64,000 nucleotides of DNA from NCBI GenBank assembly GCA_028534125.1, contig CM052816.1, positions 86,926,001 to 86,990,000 on the forward strand, in the 5' to 3' direction. Position numbers and translations under genes: made by a program. The notes under the pieces are model-generated. The model saw only the letters and a list, made by a program, of their open reading frames with translations, did not search any database and had not been told where the DNA came from. The stretch is from Lama glama (taxonomy: Eukaryota). Numbering within the stretch: position 1 is the stretch's first letter; the number at the start of each line of letters is the position of its first letter. Positions 1-13,465 of the stretch are shown here, one piece after another.

Positions 1-1909
1 TCATGATCTACATTTCTTTATTTTATTAGTTATAAATATAATTATCTGTTACATCATATTTAAGTAATTTTATTAATGCTTATTATATATAATTGCATGA
101 TTTTTTAAAAGGAAAGGCCAAAATAAGTAAACACTTAACCAGATATATAAGAAAATGGTCAGAAATGGCCCATACAAGAATCAAAATTTATTTAAATCTG
201 TAAGTTTTATTTAATGAGCCTATTCATATCAATTGCTACTCTCCTATGTACTTTGATTTGAAAAAAAAAATTGAGACTTGAGATTAAACTTCTTCATATA
301 TACTTGAAATGTGAAAAAGTAAAGTCCCTTGGATATAGATTCTTCATAAAGTATTTATAATTTTGTAGGCTGTGTAGATTATTTCAATTCATTTGTTTGG
401 ATTTGATTTTCTGAAAGTATATTAGCAATTAGACTGGCTTTACACTTGGACAAGAATATAAGTACAAGATGAATAGAATATTACTACATTTCCTTAAAAA
501 CATGAATAATAATGTTGTAAGCTTTACAAACTTCTTAGCCTAATTATGCTGCATTTTCTACAATAGGATGATAGTACTAGCAACCATCACTAGAGAATGT
601 GCTTCGAGCTGTTTTCTTCCAGTAATTAGCAAGGTGATTGAATATCCACTAAATAAAGTTGGGGAATTTGTAAAGACCACTTGGGAGAATGTGTGCATTA
701 AACAGCTAGTCTTTTTATAATCACTATGCTTTAAACCTAATTAAACTCAAGAGAATCTAATTAAATGAAGGGGAACAATAAAGCAATAAAACGATTCAAA
801 GATGAGTTTGATACTTGTAATCTAAAATTCTTTGCGTTAAACCCTATGATTAAAGTTTTAGGAAGGGGTAAATGGACCACTTGCAAGATGGCAAACTCTG
901 AATTTCAAATTGAATTACAAATTCTGCCCACCAGGTGGAATCATTAAAGACAGCTTTGAAATGGAATACTGATTTGAACACTCAGTGATTTCATTGGTTC
1001 AAGGATATTTTTATTATTTGCCTCCTTTCCCTATTAGTATATATAACATATAGTAGAAAAATTTTATGCTCTGTGGCACCTTAACAATTCAAATATGGTA
1101 ATAATTTTCAATAAGATAATTGGAGCATATGTAATAACAGAATTTTTAAATTAATTAAATAAGACCATTAAAATTAATGAATCAGACATTTCAAAAAGAT
1201 CATGAAAAACTGACAGACTTTTATCTTTTGTGACTGTCTTTTAGAAATTAAATATTTATAGTATGTATTTTTATATAGTGATTACTTATTTCTAAATAAT
1301 TCCAAGAGCCTAATCATCCTAAAAGAAGTAGCTTTGCCACACAGGGGGAATAAAATCCAAAATTAAAAAGAAATATTATCACTTCCTCATTTAACTCAAA
1401 TATCATTTAACTCTTTGGTTGGATGATTTTTCCATCAATTTAAAGGGTACTTAGCAAATGGTGAGACAAATTATAGAAACAATGCAATTATTACTTTAAG
1501 AACCATGGAAATCAGATATTTGTCAATTATGAAGAGATTTAATGGAAATTGCGCCCAATATCATCCCATAGTAACCTAGAATTAAATAAAAAGAATCATA
1601 TTTTTATTTAATAGATATTAATATTTCTTGTGGAGACAACTCAGAAATTTCGAATACTATGCTGCTAATGATAATGTTCATATGTACTATAATGGTATTA
1701 TCAAATCTTAAATACTTATTACACCTATTTTGTTCAGTTGGTTACTGAAATTCTATCTTGTTATAAAGTTATATTATTTTTGTACTAGTCTAAATCCCCA
1801 TTTGATTGCATTGTAAAATATAATAAAATTAAAAGCTTATGGAAGCATATTTATCATATATTGCATGTATATGTATATCAAAAACAAATATCACTTATAA
1901 AAATTAAAC

Positions 1910-3490
1910 AAATGAACTTGAACAAAATTTTTAACATTTTTTGGAAACACAAAAGACCCCTAATAACCAAAATAATCTTGAGAAAGAATGAGGAATCACA
2001 CTCCCTGGATTTAGACCATACTACCAAGCTACAGTAATCAAAACAATATGGTACTAGATCAATGGCACAGAATAGAAAGCCCAGAAAATAAACCCACAAA
2101 TTTATGGTCAATTAATCTATGACAAAGGAGGTAAGAATGTACAATGAAGAAAAGACAGTCTTTTCAATAAGTAGTACTGGGAAAACATAACAGCTACCTG
2201 TAAAAGAATGAAGTAAGAACATTCTTTAATACCATATACAGAAATAAAATGGATTAAAGACCTAAATGTAAGACCAGATATTATGAAACTCCTGGAGGAA
2301 AACAGAAGCAGAACACTCTGAGATAAATTGCAGCAGCATTTTTTGGATCCATCTCCTAAAGTAAAGGAAATAAAAGCAAAAATAAACAAATGGGACAACT
2401 TAAAAGCTTTTGCATAACAAAAGAAAACATAAACAAAACCAAAAGACAGCCTATGAATGGGAGAAAATATTTGCAAATGTTTTGACCAGAAAGGGCTTAA
2501 TTTCCAAAATACACAACCAGCTCCTACAGCTCAATATCAAAAATCAAACAACCCAATCAAAAAATGGACATAAAACCTAAATAGACATTTCTCCAAAGAA
2601 GACCTCCAGATGGCTAACTGGCACATGAAAAGATGCTCAGTGTCACTAATTATTAGAGAAATACAAATCAACACCATAATGAGGTATCACCTCACACTGG
2701 TCAGAATGTCTGTCATCAAAAAGTCTACAAGTAATAAATGCTGGAGAAGGTGTACAGAAAGGGAACCCTCATGCATTGTTGGTGGGAGTGTAAATTCGTG
2801 TAGCCACTATGGAAAACAGTGTGGAGATTCCTTAAAAAACTAAAAATAGAGTTAGCATATGATCCAGCAATCCCACTACTAGACATATGTCTGGAAAAGA
2901 TGAAAAGTCTAATTTGAAAAGATAACATGCACCCCACTGTTCATAGTATGCGCTATTTACAATAGCCAAGATGTGGAAGCAACCTAAAAGTCCATCAGAT
3001 GAATGCATAAAGAAGATGTGGTACATACACACAATGGAATATTATTCAGCTTCTAAAAAAAGAATGAAATAATGCCATTTGCAGCAACATGGATATACCT
3101 AGAGATAATCATACTAAGTGAAGTAAGTCAGACAAAGACAAATATCGTATAATATCACTTATATGTAGAATCTGAAAAAACGATACAAAAGAACTTTTTT
3201 TACAAAACAGAAGTAGACTCACAGACATAGAAAACAAACACGGTTATCAAAGAGGAAAGAGTGGAGATGGATAAACTGGGAGTTTGGTATTAACAGATAG
3301 GCACTACTATATATAAAATAGATAAACAATAAAGATGGATTGTATAGCACAGGGAACTATATTCAGTATCTTTTAATGAAAAGAATCTGAAAAATTACAT
3401 ATATATATATATATATATATATAGAACTGAATCACATTGCTGTACTCCTGAATCATTGTAAATCAACTATACTTCAACTATGTGTATGTG

Positions 3491-3524
<34 letters not shown>

Positions 3525-3565
3525 TAACAAAAATAAAATAAAGTGAAATAAAATTTAAAAAATTA
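1910..3565 (+). mobile_element. 5'-truncated LINE-1 (ORF2 C-terminal part + 3'UTR + A-rich tail), cetartiodactyl-type, decayed
   Basis: ORF 2610-2843 ([33 protein letters not shown]...NKCWRRC) is the L1 ORF2 C-terminus. The 3'UTR contains gtatagcacagggaactatattcagtatctt and ttgtaaatcaactatacttcaa, followed by (TA)n and an A-rich tail. Confidence 0.95.
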
Positions 3566-6078
3566 ATTTAAAAGACAGCCTGGCATTTCAAGCATATGTC
3601 AACAATATTATTAAATAACATCTTATTAAAAAGCCTACTGTTAAAATTGTTCAAAATAACATACCCTTACTTTTGTTAGAGCTATGACTAGCACTGAGTG
3701 AAAGACACAACCCAACTGATTTTGCAAGTGTATGTGAATTACTACTGATTTATATTCCACATCTGGTCTGCTAATTCACTCACTACTTTTATAGAATGGT
3801 GATTTTAATCAAGAAAAATTTTTGAAGGTACCTGAGTTCCATGTGGCAAAGCAGAAATTTTATATAGCTTTTTTCCTCATTCAAATTATCTTAAAACAAA
3901 GAAGGCATAAAAGAAAATGAAACATTTGTTTGTTCTATATTTAATGAAGATCAGAGGTGTCTATATCCCCAAATCATACTAGATAAAGATAAAAAATAGA
4001 GTGACAGAGAAACAGCAAATAACAATGGGATGATGACTGTAAACCTGGCGTGTGTGTGTGTAAACTGGTTCGCAGACAACTGAGTCATGTTTCAGAAATT
4101 GGAGGCATGCTGCACTATGGGAAATGAAGATAGGGAGGGTGTGGTGGTGGAGAAGCAGAATTTGAAAGAGCATCAAAGTTGACCTTTGTTTTCATACTTT
4201 CCTTTTGCACAATTGAGTGAGGAAGAACTTCTCCACTATGCAGAACAGAATTCTATTCTCTGGAATAGGTGAAGGCTCTGAGAATGATAGTGGTAACGTG
4301 CCACAAAGAGAACAGCATTGGTGTACCTTTGACAGATGAAGAAGCAAGTTCTCTTATCCACACAAAACCCAAATTTTATAGGCAGGGGATTGGAGGATGT
4401 TTCTATGGATGATCAAAGTTGCTCAAGAGAAATGGCTAATAAGTAATGACAACTTCACTTTTCCAATAGCAGAAAATTACCTGTATAATTATGTCCATGT
4501 AAAATATGGTAACTCGCTCTCTTCTCATAGTGGCAGCAGCTATGACAGATAGTATTGTAAAATATAATTGTTGAGAAAGGGTTTGGGATCCTGATCCAAG
4601 GGCAAAATGTCTAATCACCATCTTCATAGATGTGCAAATTAGTTGTAATATCAGCAGGGACTTCCTTATCTCTATCTCAGTTATCACAATGTGCCCTTGA
4701 ACTAAACAGTCCAAAATATCAAGCTGCCTTCTCTTCCTCCAGACCTTCAACCAAAATTTTAACTACCAGATTCCTTCTGTAAATCTCTTCTCCTGCACTG
4801 AACCTAACTGATAGAATAATTAAACACCTTACATCGAAGACCAACGGTGTACCCTCAGCCCTCCCAATCCACACAAACATGCCCACATTCATACACATGG
4901 GCAGAGATTCTAGTCAGTTCTTTTCTGCCTCACAGTTTAATATGAATGAAAAAACAGTGGACACATACCATTTGAATTAAAATTTTCACTATCATAATAG
5001 TAGGAAAAATGTAAAATTGGAGAACAAAAATATTTAGAAATATGGAGGAAATTCCAGTTAAAAAACCTATGTGGTTTGAAAGCATTTCATTCTGGAAGCA
5101 GAAGTAAGAGGGACATTGGGAGATTTATGTGAAATTTTCAACAATATTAGTATTTTCAGATTATTTACCTGATAAAAAATTTAAAAGAAAATAATAGAGC
5201 AGTGTTGAAATTACGATTAGTAGACCTAATTGTAATAGCAAACCTTAAAATGTTTAAATTCCACTTACAATTTCTACATAGTAATAAGTGACAACTTTCT
5301 AATCTATTACTATTTGGTTAAAGTTATGAGTAATTAAATAAAAATAATTATCATTTGTGTTAATAAATCTAGACTTAATGATGTGAAACTCATGATGAAT
5401 TTTATGTAAAACAGAAGTCAAATTTATAAAGAACTGAGAGCAAATTTTTTAAAAACATGCCCCTTTAATATTTTCCATATTGTGCATTCAAAGTTCCATA
5501 CTGTTTTATGAACTGAAGGAATCAAAATGAAAGGGCTTAAAATTGAAAGAAGAAAAGCAGTAGTTTATTGATTTTCATTTTGAATAAAGACTTTAAGCCC
5601 CAAGGACATCAGTCAATACCTTTATTCCATCGCCTTTTGAATTTCAAATGCAGTGATGGGAAAAGTTTGTCTATTTGTGATAGTAACAAAAAGGTACCTA
5701 TTTCCTTATTTTTAAATAGAACTTCCTCTATTTCTTTTTGTTAAGATGTGTGACTACAAATGCCAAAAATGTCATTAATCTACCTATATGACTCAAATCA
5801 GAATTGACTAAAATTATTACTTATTTATTGTCAGCTGCCTTAAATATCATATCTCCTTCATTTATCTAAAATGTCTTTGTCCTAGAGTATAAGCCATTGA
5901 TTTGTTTTATCTTTATTTCTCTTTCTAAATTGATGTTTAATTGCTTGAATCTAGGAAAATTATTATTTTTGAAATATGTAATATTCTATATTGATAAGTA
6001 TACTGAGTGACTTATGTAACCACATTAATTTGAGTAAACACTAGAAGTTCATGAAATACAGCTTTAGGACTATTAACT

Positions 6079-6351
6079 TCATTCTCCAAGGCATTTAATA
6101 TACCACAGCTTGAACATTTTTGAATTAACAGTAGGAAGGTAAAAAGTATTCTGTGTGGTTAGATGTGAAGAAGATGAATATAACCATGGCATCTGGATGC
6201 TAGTGGGAAGTCTTCCCATTGTGACTATTGACTGAGAGTAATTGACTGAATGAGTGGGTCTGGGGACATTCAGCAGATTAAGTTCCTGGGGATGGGTGAA
6301 CTCTGTAACCTTCCCATTGGTGACTGTATTTTGTAAAGAAAGTCTGAATGT
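6079..6351 (-). pseudogene. Exon-like segment, about 90 open codons after an acceptor
   Basis: Acceptor ataatttttcag followed by TFRLSLQNTVTNGKVTEFTHPQELNLLNVPRPTHS... (ORF 6079-6369). Confidence 0.3.
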
Positions 6352-6709
6352 CTGAAAAATTATTTGCAAAAATTAGTTGGCTATGGTGTAAAAATAATAG
6401 TAAGATTTTCAGTATTGTTTTTGTTGATCGAACTCTACTCAGTTTTATTTTGTCTCTTCCATAAATATAGTATTTTTTTCCAAAAATCGATTAAATGAAT
6501 CATTTAAAAATTATGTCCATTAATTTTATGCTGGTAAATAGTTTACACTAATTTTCAAATATGTTCATGTCCTTATATACTTAAAATGAATAACTTTATT
6601 TGTAACACTGATATCAAGGTAATTATAATTTCATTAGTCTTAAAAAACTTCACCTCATTTTAAAATTATGTCATCAACCCCATTAAACATACTTGTAAAC
6701 ATTGGTAGA

Positions 6710-8240
6710 GATTATCTGGTAATAGGGCATAGAGACATTGAGTGATTACTCCTGCAGAAGACACTTAAAATTTACCAAAAAAAATTATTGAAAATGTATA
6801 CTTGAAGGACTTTGAAAATGATCAGAGGGCAAAACTTTAAAAGGATTTACTATGGAAAGACTGCTGGTGTATCAGGTAAAAACAAAACTGTGAGTTTATG
6901 TTTGAAGTCTTCCCCAGACTCCCCTCAGGTGGAAAAAAATTAGTCTTAAAACCTCAAGGAATAGATAATAGAGTTTAGAACAGCTGAGACACTGGAAATT
7001 TAAAGAGTATAGTTTGGAAATGAGAGAGCCACAGACAGTTTGAGATCCAATCTGAGTGTAAAGTCTAAAGTCTATTCTTATCCCTGGCTGCTGTTAAATT
7101 GTGCATGCTATGGGAGACCCCAGGGAGCCTGGTATAAAAGAAAACAAAAATCCATACCCACCTGAGCAAATATAAGCCTTCCTGAATTGAGATGTCTAAT
7201 AGCTGTTCTTGTCTTCAAAGTACAGTCACCAATGAGAAGGTTACAGAAGAAATACAGGGAGGACCCAGCAATAAACGAAGTACAGAAAGACTGAGTCCAG
7301 GGGTCTTGCCGTCTGTCCAGATCCTTAATTTACTGGCAGTCTGAGGAGTTACAGGGGAGATCCCCAAAAGGAGAAGTCTAAAAAGAGGTCAGATTAGCTG
7401 AGGAGAGAGATCTCTTGCAGATAGCAGGGAAAACAGATGTTGTAGTTTATTCAAGGTCACTGCTTAGTATATCAATAATCCAGCAGGTCATAGAAAAACA
7501 GTCACAGTGTCATTGATGTTATTTACAATGGACAGTCTTCAACCAAAAAAATACTAAACCTGAAAAGACACAGGAAATTATTATTTGTAATCAGGAAAAA
7601 AAAATAGTCAATATACAGTGACTCCATTTTCCCTTAGATTTTGAATTTCACAGATAAATATTTATAAAATGTTCAGCGGATTTAAGAAAAAGATAATATA
7701 ATGAGAGGAAGAGCCAAACATGTTTGTATTAGTCTCCTAATACTGCTATAATAAATGTATTACAAATTCATTGGCTTCAAAACAATACAAATTTGTTAAC
7801 TTTTCAGTTTGGGGATTAAAAGACCTAGATCAGTTTACTGGGATAAATCAAGTTGTCAGCAGAGCTGGTCCCTCTGCATGCAACAGAGAAAATCTTTGTT
7901 TGGCTGCTTTCACTTGTAGAGAATGCCAGGATCCCTTGGGTCTTGGCCACATCACTCACATTTCTGCTTCTGAGGTCATATCACTTCCTTCACTATGTCA
8001 AATCTCCATATACCTTACTTCTGAAAGGACATTGGTGATTATATTTATGGTCTACACAGATAATCGAGGAAACTCTCCATCTCAAAGTACTTTACTGAAT
8101 CACATGTGCAAATTCCCTTTAGCCACATAATATAATATTCCCAGATTTGGGAGATTAGGACATAGACATCTTGGGGCTATCACAAAGCTGAAGATAAAAT
8201 ATAAGAAGATACCATATGAAATTTTTAGAGTTTAAAATTA
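6710..8240 (+). mobile_element. Ancient L1M-type 5' end/ORF1 remnant interrupted by an MLT1 LTR
   Basis: A-rich motifs typical of old L1 5' ends (caaccaaaaaaatactaaacctgaaaagacacaggaaa; aaatttttagagtttaaaa) lie on both sides of the LTR. Confidence 0.5.
7725..8183 (-). mobile_element. MaLR solo LTR, MLT1D-like
   Basis: tgtattagtctcctaatactgctata ... aaatcaagttgtcagcagagctg ... gattaggacatagacatcttgggg matches the recalled MLT1C/D consensus in reverse. Confidence 0.85.
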
Positions 8241-8358
8241 AAAGTGTGGTTTTATAGCTATTGGTGTTACTCCATGTAATATACCAACTTCCATCATCAG
8301 TCTTTGTGACGCAGAGACCTGTATGTGTGATAAGCTCCAAATTCTTCCAATGGATTTC

Positions 8359-8700
8359 TTTTAGTATACTTCATTCTTTTAGAGCAGTTTTAGGTTCATA
8401 GCAGAACTGAGCAGGAAGTACAGAGATTTCCCGCATAAATTCTGGCCTCATACATACACAGCCTTCTCCGCTATCAACACCCCACACTGGAGTGGTATGG
8501 TGCATTTGTTAGAACTGATGAACTTACACTGATGAATCCTTTTTACCCAAAACCCATAGTTCACATAATAGCTTACTCTTTCTACAGATTTTGACAGATA
8601 CATAATGACATATATCCACATTATAGTGTCATGCAGAATAGTTTCACTGTCGTCAGTATACTCTGAGCTCTGCTGATGCATCCTCCCTCCTCCCTCTGCT
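8359..8700 (-). mobile_element. L1MC-type 3' end fragment
   Basis: agagcagttttaggttcatagcagaactgagcaggaagtacagagatttccc ... cagaatagtttcactg. Confidence 0.85.
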
Positions 8701-8899
8701 TTCCCCTCTATATTCTGTATTATTGGTCTTCATATCTTTGTTGTCTCAAGTCCAATAGTGTGAAAATATTGCACAATGATCGCCTCTAAAATAACAAGTA
8801 AATAAACAAATATACAAAATAAACACCCCAAAGGGGAAGAAAAACAGCCTCTGACTCTCCAGCCACCACCCTATAGCTTTGATTTTCAAATCCAAATCA

Positions 8900-9300
8900 T
8901 TAAACTTTGTCTTCCTTACCTTGTATCACCTAATGCAGTTTTCTCAACTCTTGGGAAGATTCAACGTTACTGTCCACCTCATTCCATATGAACCACATCA
9001 ACAGCTGGGCTCCTCTGGGCTCCTTATCTATCCTCCTGGTTGTAATTATTCATTTCCAGATGTATCTTCTAGTCACTTTTCCATGTTTCTTACTCACTTG
9101 ACTGCTAATAATTGTTTTCCTAGCCTCAAACATAGGCCACATCTTTTCTCTCTCTCTTTTTTTAGTTGACCACATCATTTTCCGTATTTTGTATATTATC
9201 TACATGCTGATGGCTTCTGATTAATAGATATTTCCAAGACCAACCTTTTGCCTTTTAAATACCAAATCACTTGCTACTTATCTTGATTCCATATGTATAG
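8900..9300 (+). mobile_element. L2 remnant
   Basis: Pyrimidine-rich, with tattatctacatgctgatggcttctga resembling the degenerate L2 RT YADD region. Confidence 0.45.
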
Positions 9301-9959
9301 AATATAGATATTCTATGCATAGAAAAAATATATACATAGAATAAAGGTATAACCACTATATGTATAGAATAAAGATGTAAATTACATAATTTGTTTAATA
9401 TTATTAAGATATTACTATATTCCTCCTATTACTCAGATGTTATTGAAAAATATATGTGCAAAAACAAAAATGTCCATGCATTAAGAAGAAGAAAACAAAT
9501 ATTTAGAATATCTAATAAATCCTGGGCACTGTGCTAAAATAGAGAAATGTAAGCTAGTAAGATGGATTTGCCTACTGCTGTCAGTACTTCACAGTCTACT
9601 GAAGGAGATCTTCAGTGTGAGAAACTAATGGGTTTTAATACCAATTTAGAGCCAGTAAGGTACCAGCTGTGATTCCTCCTGTGTACTATTTAGGAAAATG
9701 AGTCCCTACCTGGCTGATTTTTTTTTTTTAGAACAAATGCTTGGTTACAAGCTTCATAATGCCTTGTACAACTTCTCCTGCCTAAATGCTACCAGTAGAC
9801 TTAGAGCTTTGAAGGAGAGGAAATCTCACATGTTCTCAGTAATCTCGTCTTCCTGCTTTTTAAACAGCTGCCTGATCTAGTCCAGAAAGGAGGAGGGAGA
9901 ATAAATCTTTGTCTTCATATTTGATACCTTTGAAGAAATGAGGATTAATTAAAATAATA

Positions 9960-10210
9960 TTAATAGCAATAACAACTACCTTTTTAAAGGGCATGCGATG
10001 TTCTAGCCATTTTGTGTACTTTAGAGATTTTGCCTAGTCCTTTCCTTTCTGTACAACATTCTTCTGTGATTCCTTTTTTTCTGTTTTAATGATAAGCAAA
10101 GTAAGTCTTAGCTTATCATTAAAGCAAATAAGCAAATTGCCCAAATTTAAGTAGCTAATACATTGAGAACCAACAATCAGACCTTGGGTTTTTTATATCT
10201 GAAGCCCCCT
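9960..10210 (-). mobile_element. MIR remnant
   Basis: Degenerate core ttttaatgataagcaaagtaagtcttag...aattgcccaa. Confidence 0.5.
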
Positions 10211-10234
10211 CTCAAAAAAAAAGCTTAATTTGGT

Positions 10235-10450
10235 TTAATCTATCATTTCCCAAATTACTTAACTATGAAAAATTTGTTGTCTGATCACCCTAGCCTGCCC
10301 TCAGCAAGAATCTTGTTTAGTCAGTTTAACAAGAATTCTCCCTGTCCTTGACGTCTCTCTCCTCTTAGTAAACTTTGTTTTTATACATCCCAATGATCCA
10401 TATTAACACCTGTAGAGGTAGTGTCCATGAAATGTCTTTGGGGAAATGAA
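10235..10450. mobile_element. Small hAT-Charlie element (Charlie4z-like) interrupted by an LTR fragment
   Basis: Degenerate TIRs catttcccaaa ... tttggggaaatg; internal tattaacacc...tagtgtcc. Confidence 0.5.
10279..10373 (+). mobile_element. ERV1 LTR fragment, MER31-like (middle part)
   Basis: tgatcaccctagcctgccctcagcaagaatcttgtttagtcagtttaacaagaattc...cctcttagtaa. Confidence 0.65.
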
Positions 10451-10699
10451 ATTTGCTTTCAACGTGCTTATTTTGAAAGCAAATAAACCTAAACTAATCT
10501 ACATTAGGCTATGGGTCCAAGGTCATAGAGAAAGAACCAAAAAAGTACAGCACCATGCCTAGAACATAGTAGGTCTTCAGAATATTTGTTTTTATCTTTC
10601 TTTAATTTTTTTTCTGATTCTCAATGTTTTGCCTTTCACTATAATACAGATTTCTTAAATGAAGTACTAGTAATAGATTAATTCCATAAAAAAGAAAAA

Positions 10700-10930
10700 A
10701 GGAACTTAACTATCATTTGTAATCCTGTTTTATTTCCTGGAGTACTTGTCTACGTCCCATTACAGATACTACCTCATTTAGTTTTTAAAAAGATTATGTG
10801 AACAAGGCATTATTTTCCCTCTTTTTGCAGATAAAAAGACTGAGGCTGAAAGATGTCATTTTTCAAAAGAAGTAACTTTTAAATGAAATGCTTCCTCATT
10901 TGAACTTAGGTATAACTAAATTCATACTCT
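10700..10930 (-). mobile_element. MIR
   Basis: ttttgcagataaaaagactgaggctgaaaga core. Confidence 0.65.
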
Positions 10931-11242
10931 ATAATCAAAGAAAAGATTAGAGGTAGAAAGTGAGTTTGAGAGCAAGAACAAAAGTGAAAAGAGAGGAACA
11001 GCAGGATTTTCTCTATAAATAAGTGATTTCCTGTGTTTTAGTTAAAGCACCAAAGTAAATTAAGAGCAATTAACTTCAGCAGATACAGACAATTGAAAGG
11101 TTTTTTAACACAGAGGGCACACTGGGCTATTATATGAAAAACTCATGAGGTTTTAAATCACTGGAATGAATGGAGTCAGGTAAACTTAAAATTAAGAAAG
11201 TGAATAATAATAGTAAAATGTGTACAAAATACGTATTATGAG

Positions 11243-11405
11243 ATCTCCACTGACTCCTTCAGTGTGCTCCTTGGACATAAATACCTACTTGTTCTTGTTC
11301 TATTCAGAGTAGCGACCAGTCTCCCTCCCGTATTGCAATGGTCTCTACACTTAACTACAATAGTCATGAAAAAAATTTCCCTTACAAGCTTTCACAATTG
11401 TCAGA
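11243..11405 (+). mobile_element. ERV1 LTR fragment, MER31-like (3' part)
   Basis: tccactgac...tgctccttggacataaatacctacttgttcttgttctattcagag...aattgtca. Confidence 0.65.
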
Positions 11406-11409
11406 GTAC

Positions 11410-11770
11410 TTTAGGATAGATGTTAAGATTGTTAGGCAACTACAAACATGGAGGCTGAAAAGTATTAGGCAAATTTGTTATAATGACAATACAGTTTATA
11501 TGGGTGTAAAAGTATTAAAAAGGCAATTAAATTTGTCTAGGATTCAAAATTTAAAAACCAGTTATGTGTGAATTAGTGTAAATGTGACCAGAGCTTATTG
11601 GCAGAGGAGGGCAGTGAATAATAGGAAATATTTGACTGTATATTATATTTAGTAAATGCATGATTAAAGGAAGGGGAGCATGGGGGATAACCTAGGTGTT
11701 TGGTTGACTTAGAGTAATCAAATTTTAAAAGGAACAAAGGACAATTGGAGAAGAAAAATTAGGAAGACAA
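11410..11770 (-). mobile_element. L2 remnant
   Basis: Purine-rich degenerate L2 antisense motifs (ggataacctaggtgtttggttgactt). Confidence 0.45.
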
Positions 11771-12639
11771 TTGTTTCATGATACTAATGTTATGCCTCTC
11801 CATTGCATTTATTTTTGAAAGATCACATACTTATATTAGAAGAGTTATTTCAGTTCTAGATAAATGGAGTGTCTGACCATCCATGATAGTCCCCATCTTT
11901 CTCAACTTAAGTGAATAATTGAAAAGCAGTTTTACTCTTTGGATCTTAAAATGACTAATAATTTGCATGAATCTTTAGAATTTGATGAGAAGGACCATTT
12001 TAAATTTTATATCACTTTCTGTTGATTCATATTTTTAAATTTTTACTCTCAATACTCTTTCATGTTATTTTTCTGGCACTTTCAGTGATGTTGTTTTGTG
12101 CCCCCAGAATTAAAATTAATGCAACAACTTGAAGTTGTAAACACACTCATTAACACATTTCTTTGTATTGAAAAATACAGTGTAATCTGTAATAACCAGA
12201 TCAGTTTGGAAAGTAAGGATATGCCTTACTTTACCTGAAAAAGTTCTTTTCACATATTCAAAAGAGCATGCATTTTATAAAATCAGGCCATAAATTTCAT
12301 ATTCAATGGTTCCATCCCCCAAATCAGTGGATTTAAAATTTTTTTCTTTCAATTTTAAATGAGGGTAAATTATTGAGCAGGTAAAAGTAGTGTGTCGTGC
12401 TCCTTTTGGGAATCTTAAATGGAATTTGTAATTACAGTTTGGAAGACTGCACTACATTTATAGAGGAAGAACAAGTCATGCAAATGTTTATCAGCAAAAC
12501 CAACATGATTCCTATACAGGTTTTACTTCTAATGATAAATTGTCAGGTTTCTAAAATGAAATTGTGTGTGTATACTGAAAGGTAGCAAAATGAATGCTAT
12601 CTTTCCTGCAATTTGCTTTACATTTTCCCCTTTGTAGGG

Positions 12640-12780
12640 TGGGTAGTACCAGAGTAGGTGTAAGTGAAACAAGATTGACTATGAGCTAATAATTATTGGA
12701 AGTAGGTGGTGAGGGGGTGGTGTTTTTAAAATACATCATTCCCTGCATTTCTGCATTTTTTTGCGAAAGTAAAAAAAAAA
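12640..12780 (+). mobile_element. Old L1 (L1MC/ME) 3' terminal fragment
   Basis: gaaacaagattgactatgagctaataattattggaagtaggtg followed by an A tail. Confidence 0.6.
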
Positions 12781-12879
12781 TCTAAGTGACATTTGACATT
12801 TTCATGTAATGGTTTCTTCCTCTTTGATAAGTCAGTTTTTTAAATTGTTCTGTCAAAGATAGATTTTTTCCCACAAACT

Positions 12880-13465
12880 ATGTTTCTAATATTATCACTT
12901 ACTTTGAACTCCACCTCCCCCCGCACAATATCACATTCAACAGTCCCTGCTTTTCTAACCTAAGTACAGCTTTCACACCTGCACACAGACATCCAGTGTT
13001 TAAATCAATTTAATCAATTCAGTGGCTCTTGACATAAGACACTATTTCTATTTTGGTATACAAGGCCTTATATATCCTACCTCTTCGTGCTACACATTCC
13101 CTCACTCAGCAGACCCCAGCCCACTCGCCTTGATTCAGTCCCCACCCCATACATGGTACTCACTGCAGTGCTTTTATTCTACCCTCTTCCTGACTCGCTC
13201 CATTTTTTCCTCATACAGTGTAAAATTGTTACTTTACTTCCCCTTAGAGTGGTAAGTAAAATCACATATTCTTCATCTCTCCTTCATAACAATATGAACA
13301 TTCCCTTTCTTAGCAGTTTTCAAGATTTGTTATAATTATTTGTGTAATTATTTGTCTGGCTAAACTGTGACTGTATTGTTCAGTATTGTATTTTGTTGGA
13401 ACCACCAGTACCCTGCAGATGGTGTGGACACTCAGTAAATATATCTTTAATTAAAACGTTAATGA
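12880..13465 (+). mobile_element. L2 3' region
   Basis: Pyrimidine-rich body ending in cactcagtaaatatatctttaattaaa...aatgaa. Confidence 0.6.

Noticed and set aside
1878..3032. Hydrophobic minus-strand ORFs (also 25702-25962, 28614-28871, 44311-44541, 47105-47302, 48436-48795)
   Set aside because: Antisense readings of L1 sequence, not membrane proteins.
3940..4960. Purine-rich block possibly coding (ORF 4436-4750)
   Set aside because: Looks more like an ancient L1/HAL1 5' remnant; too degenerate to call either way.
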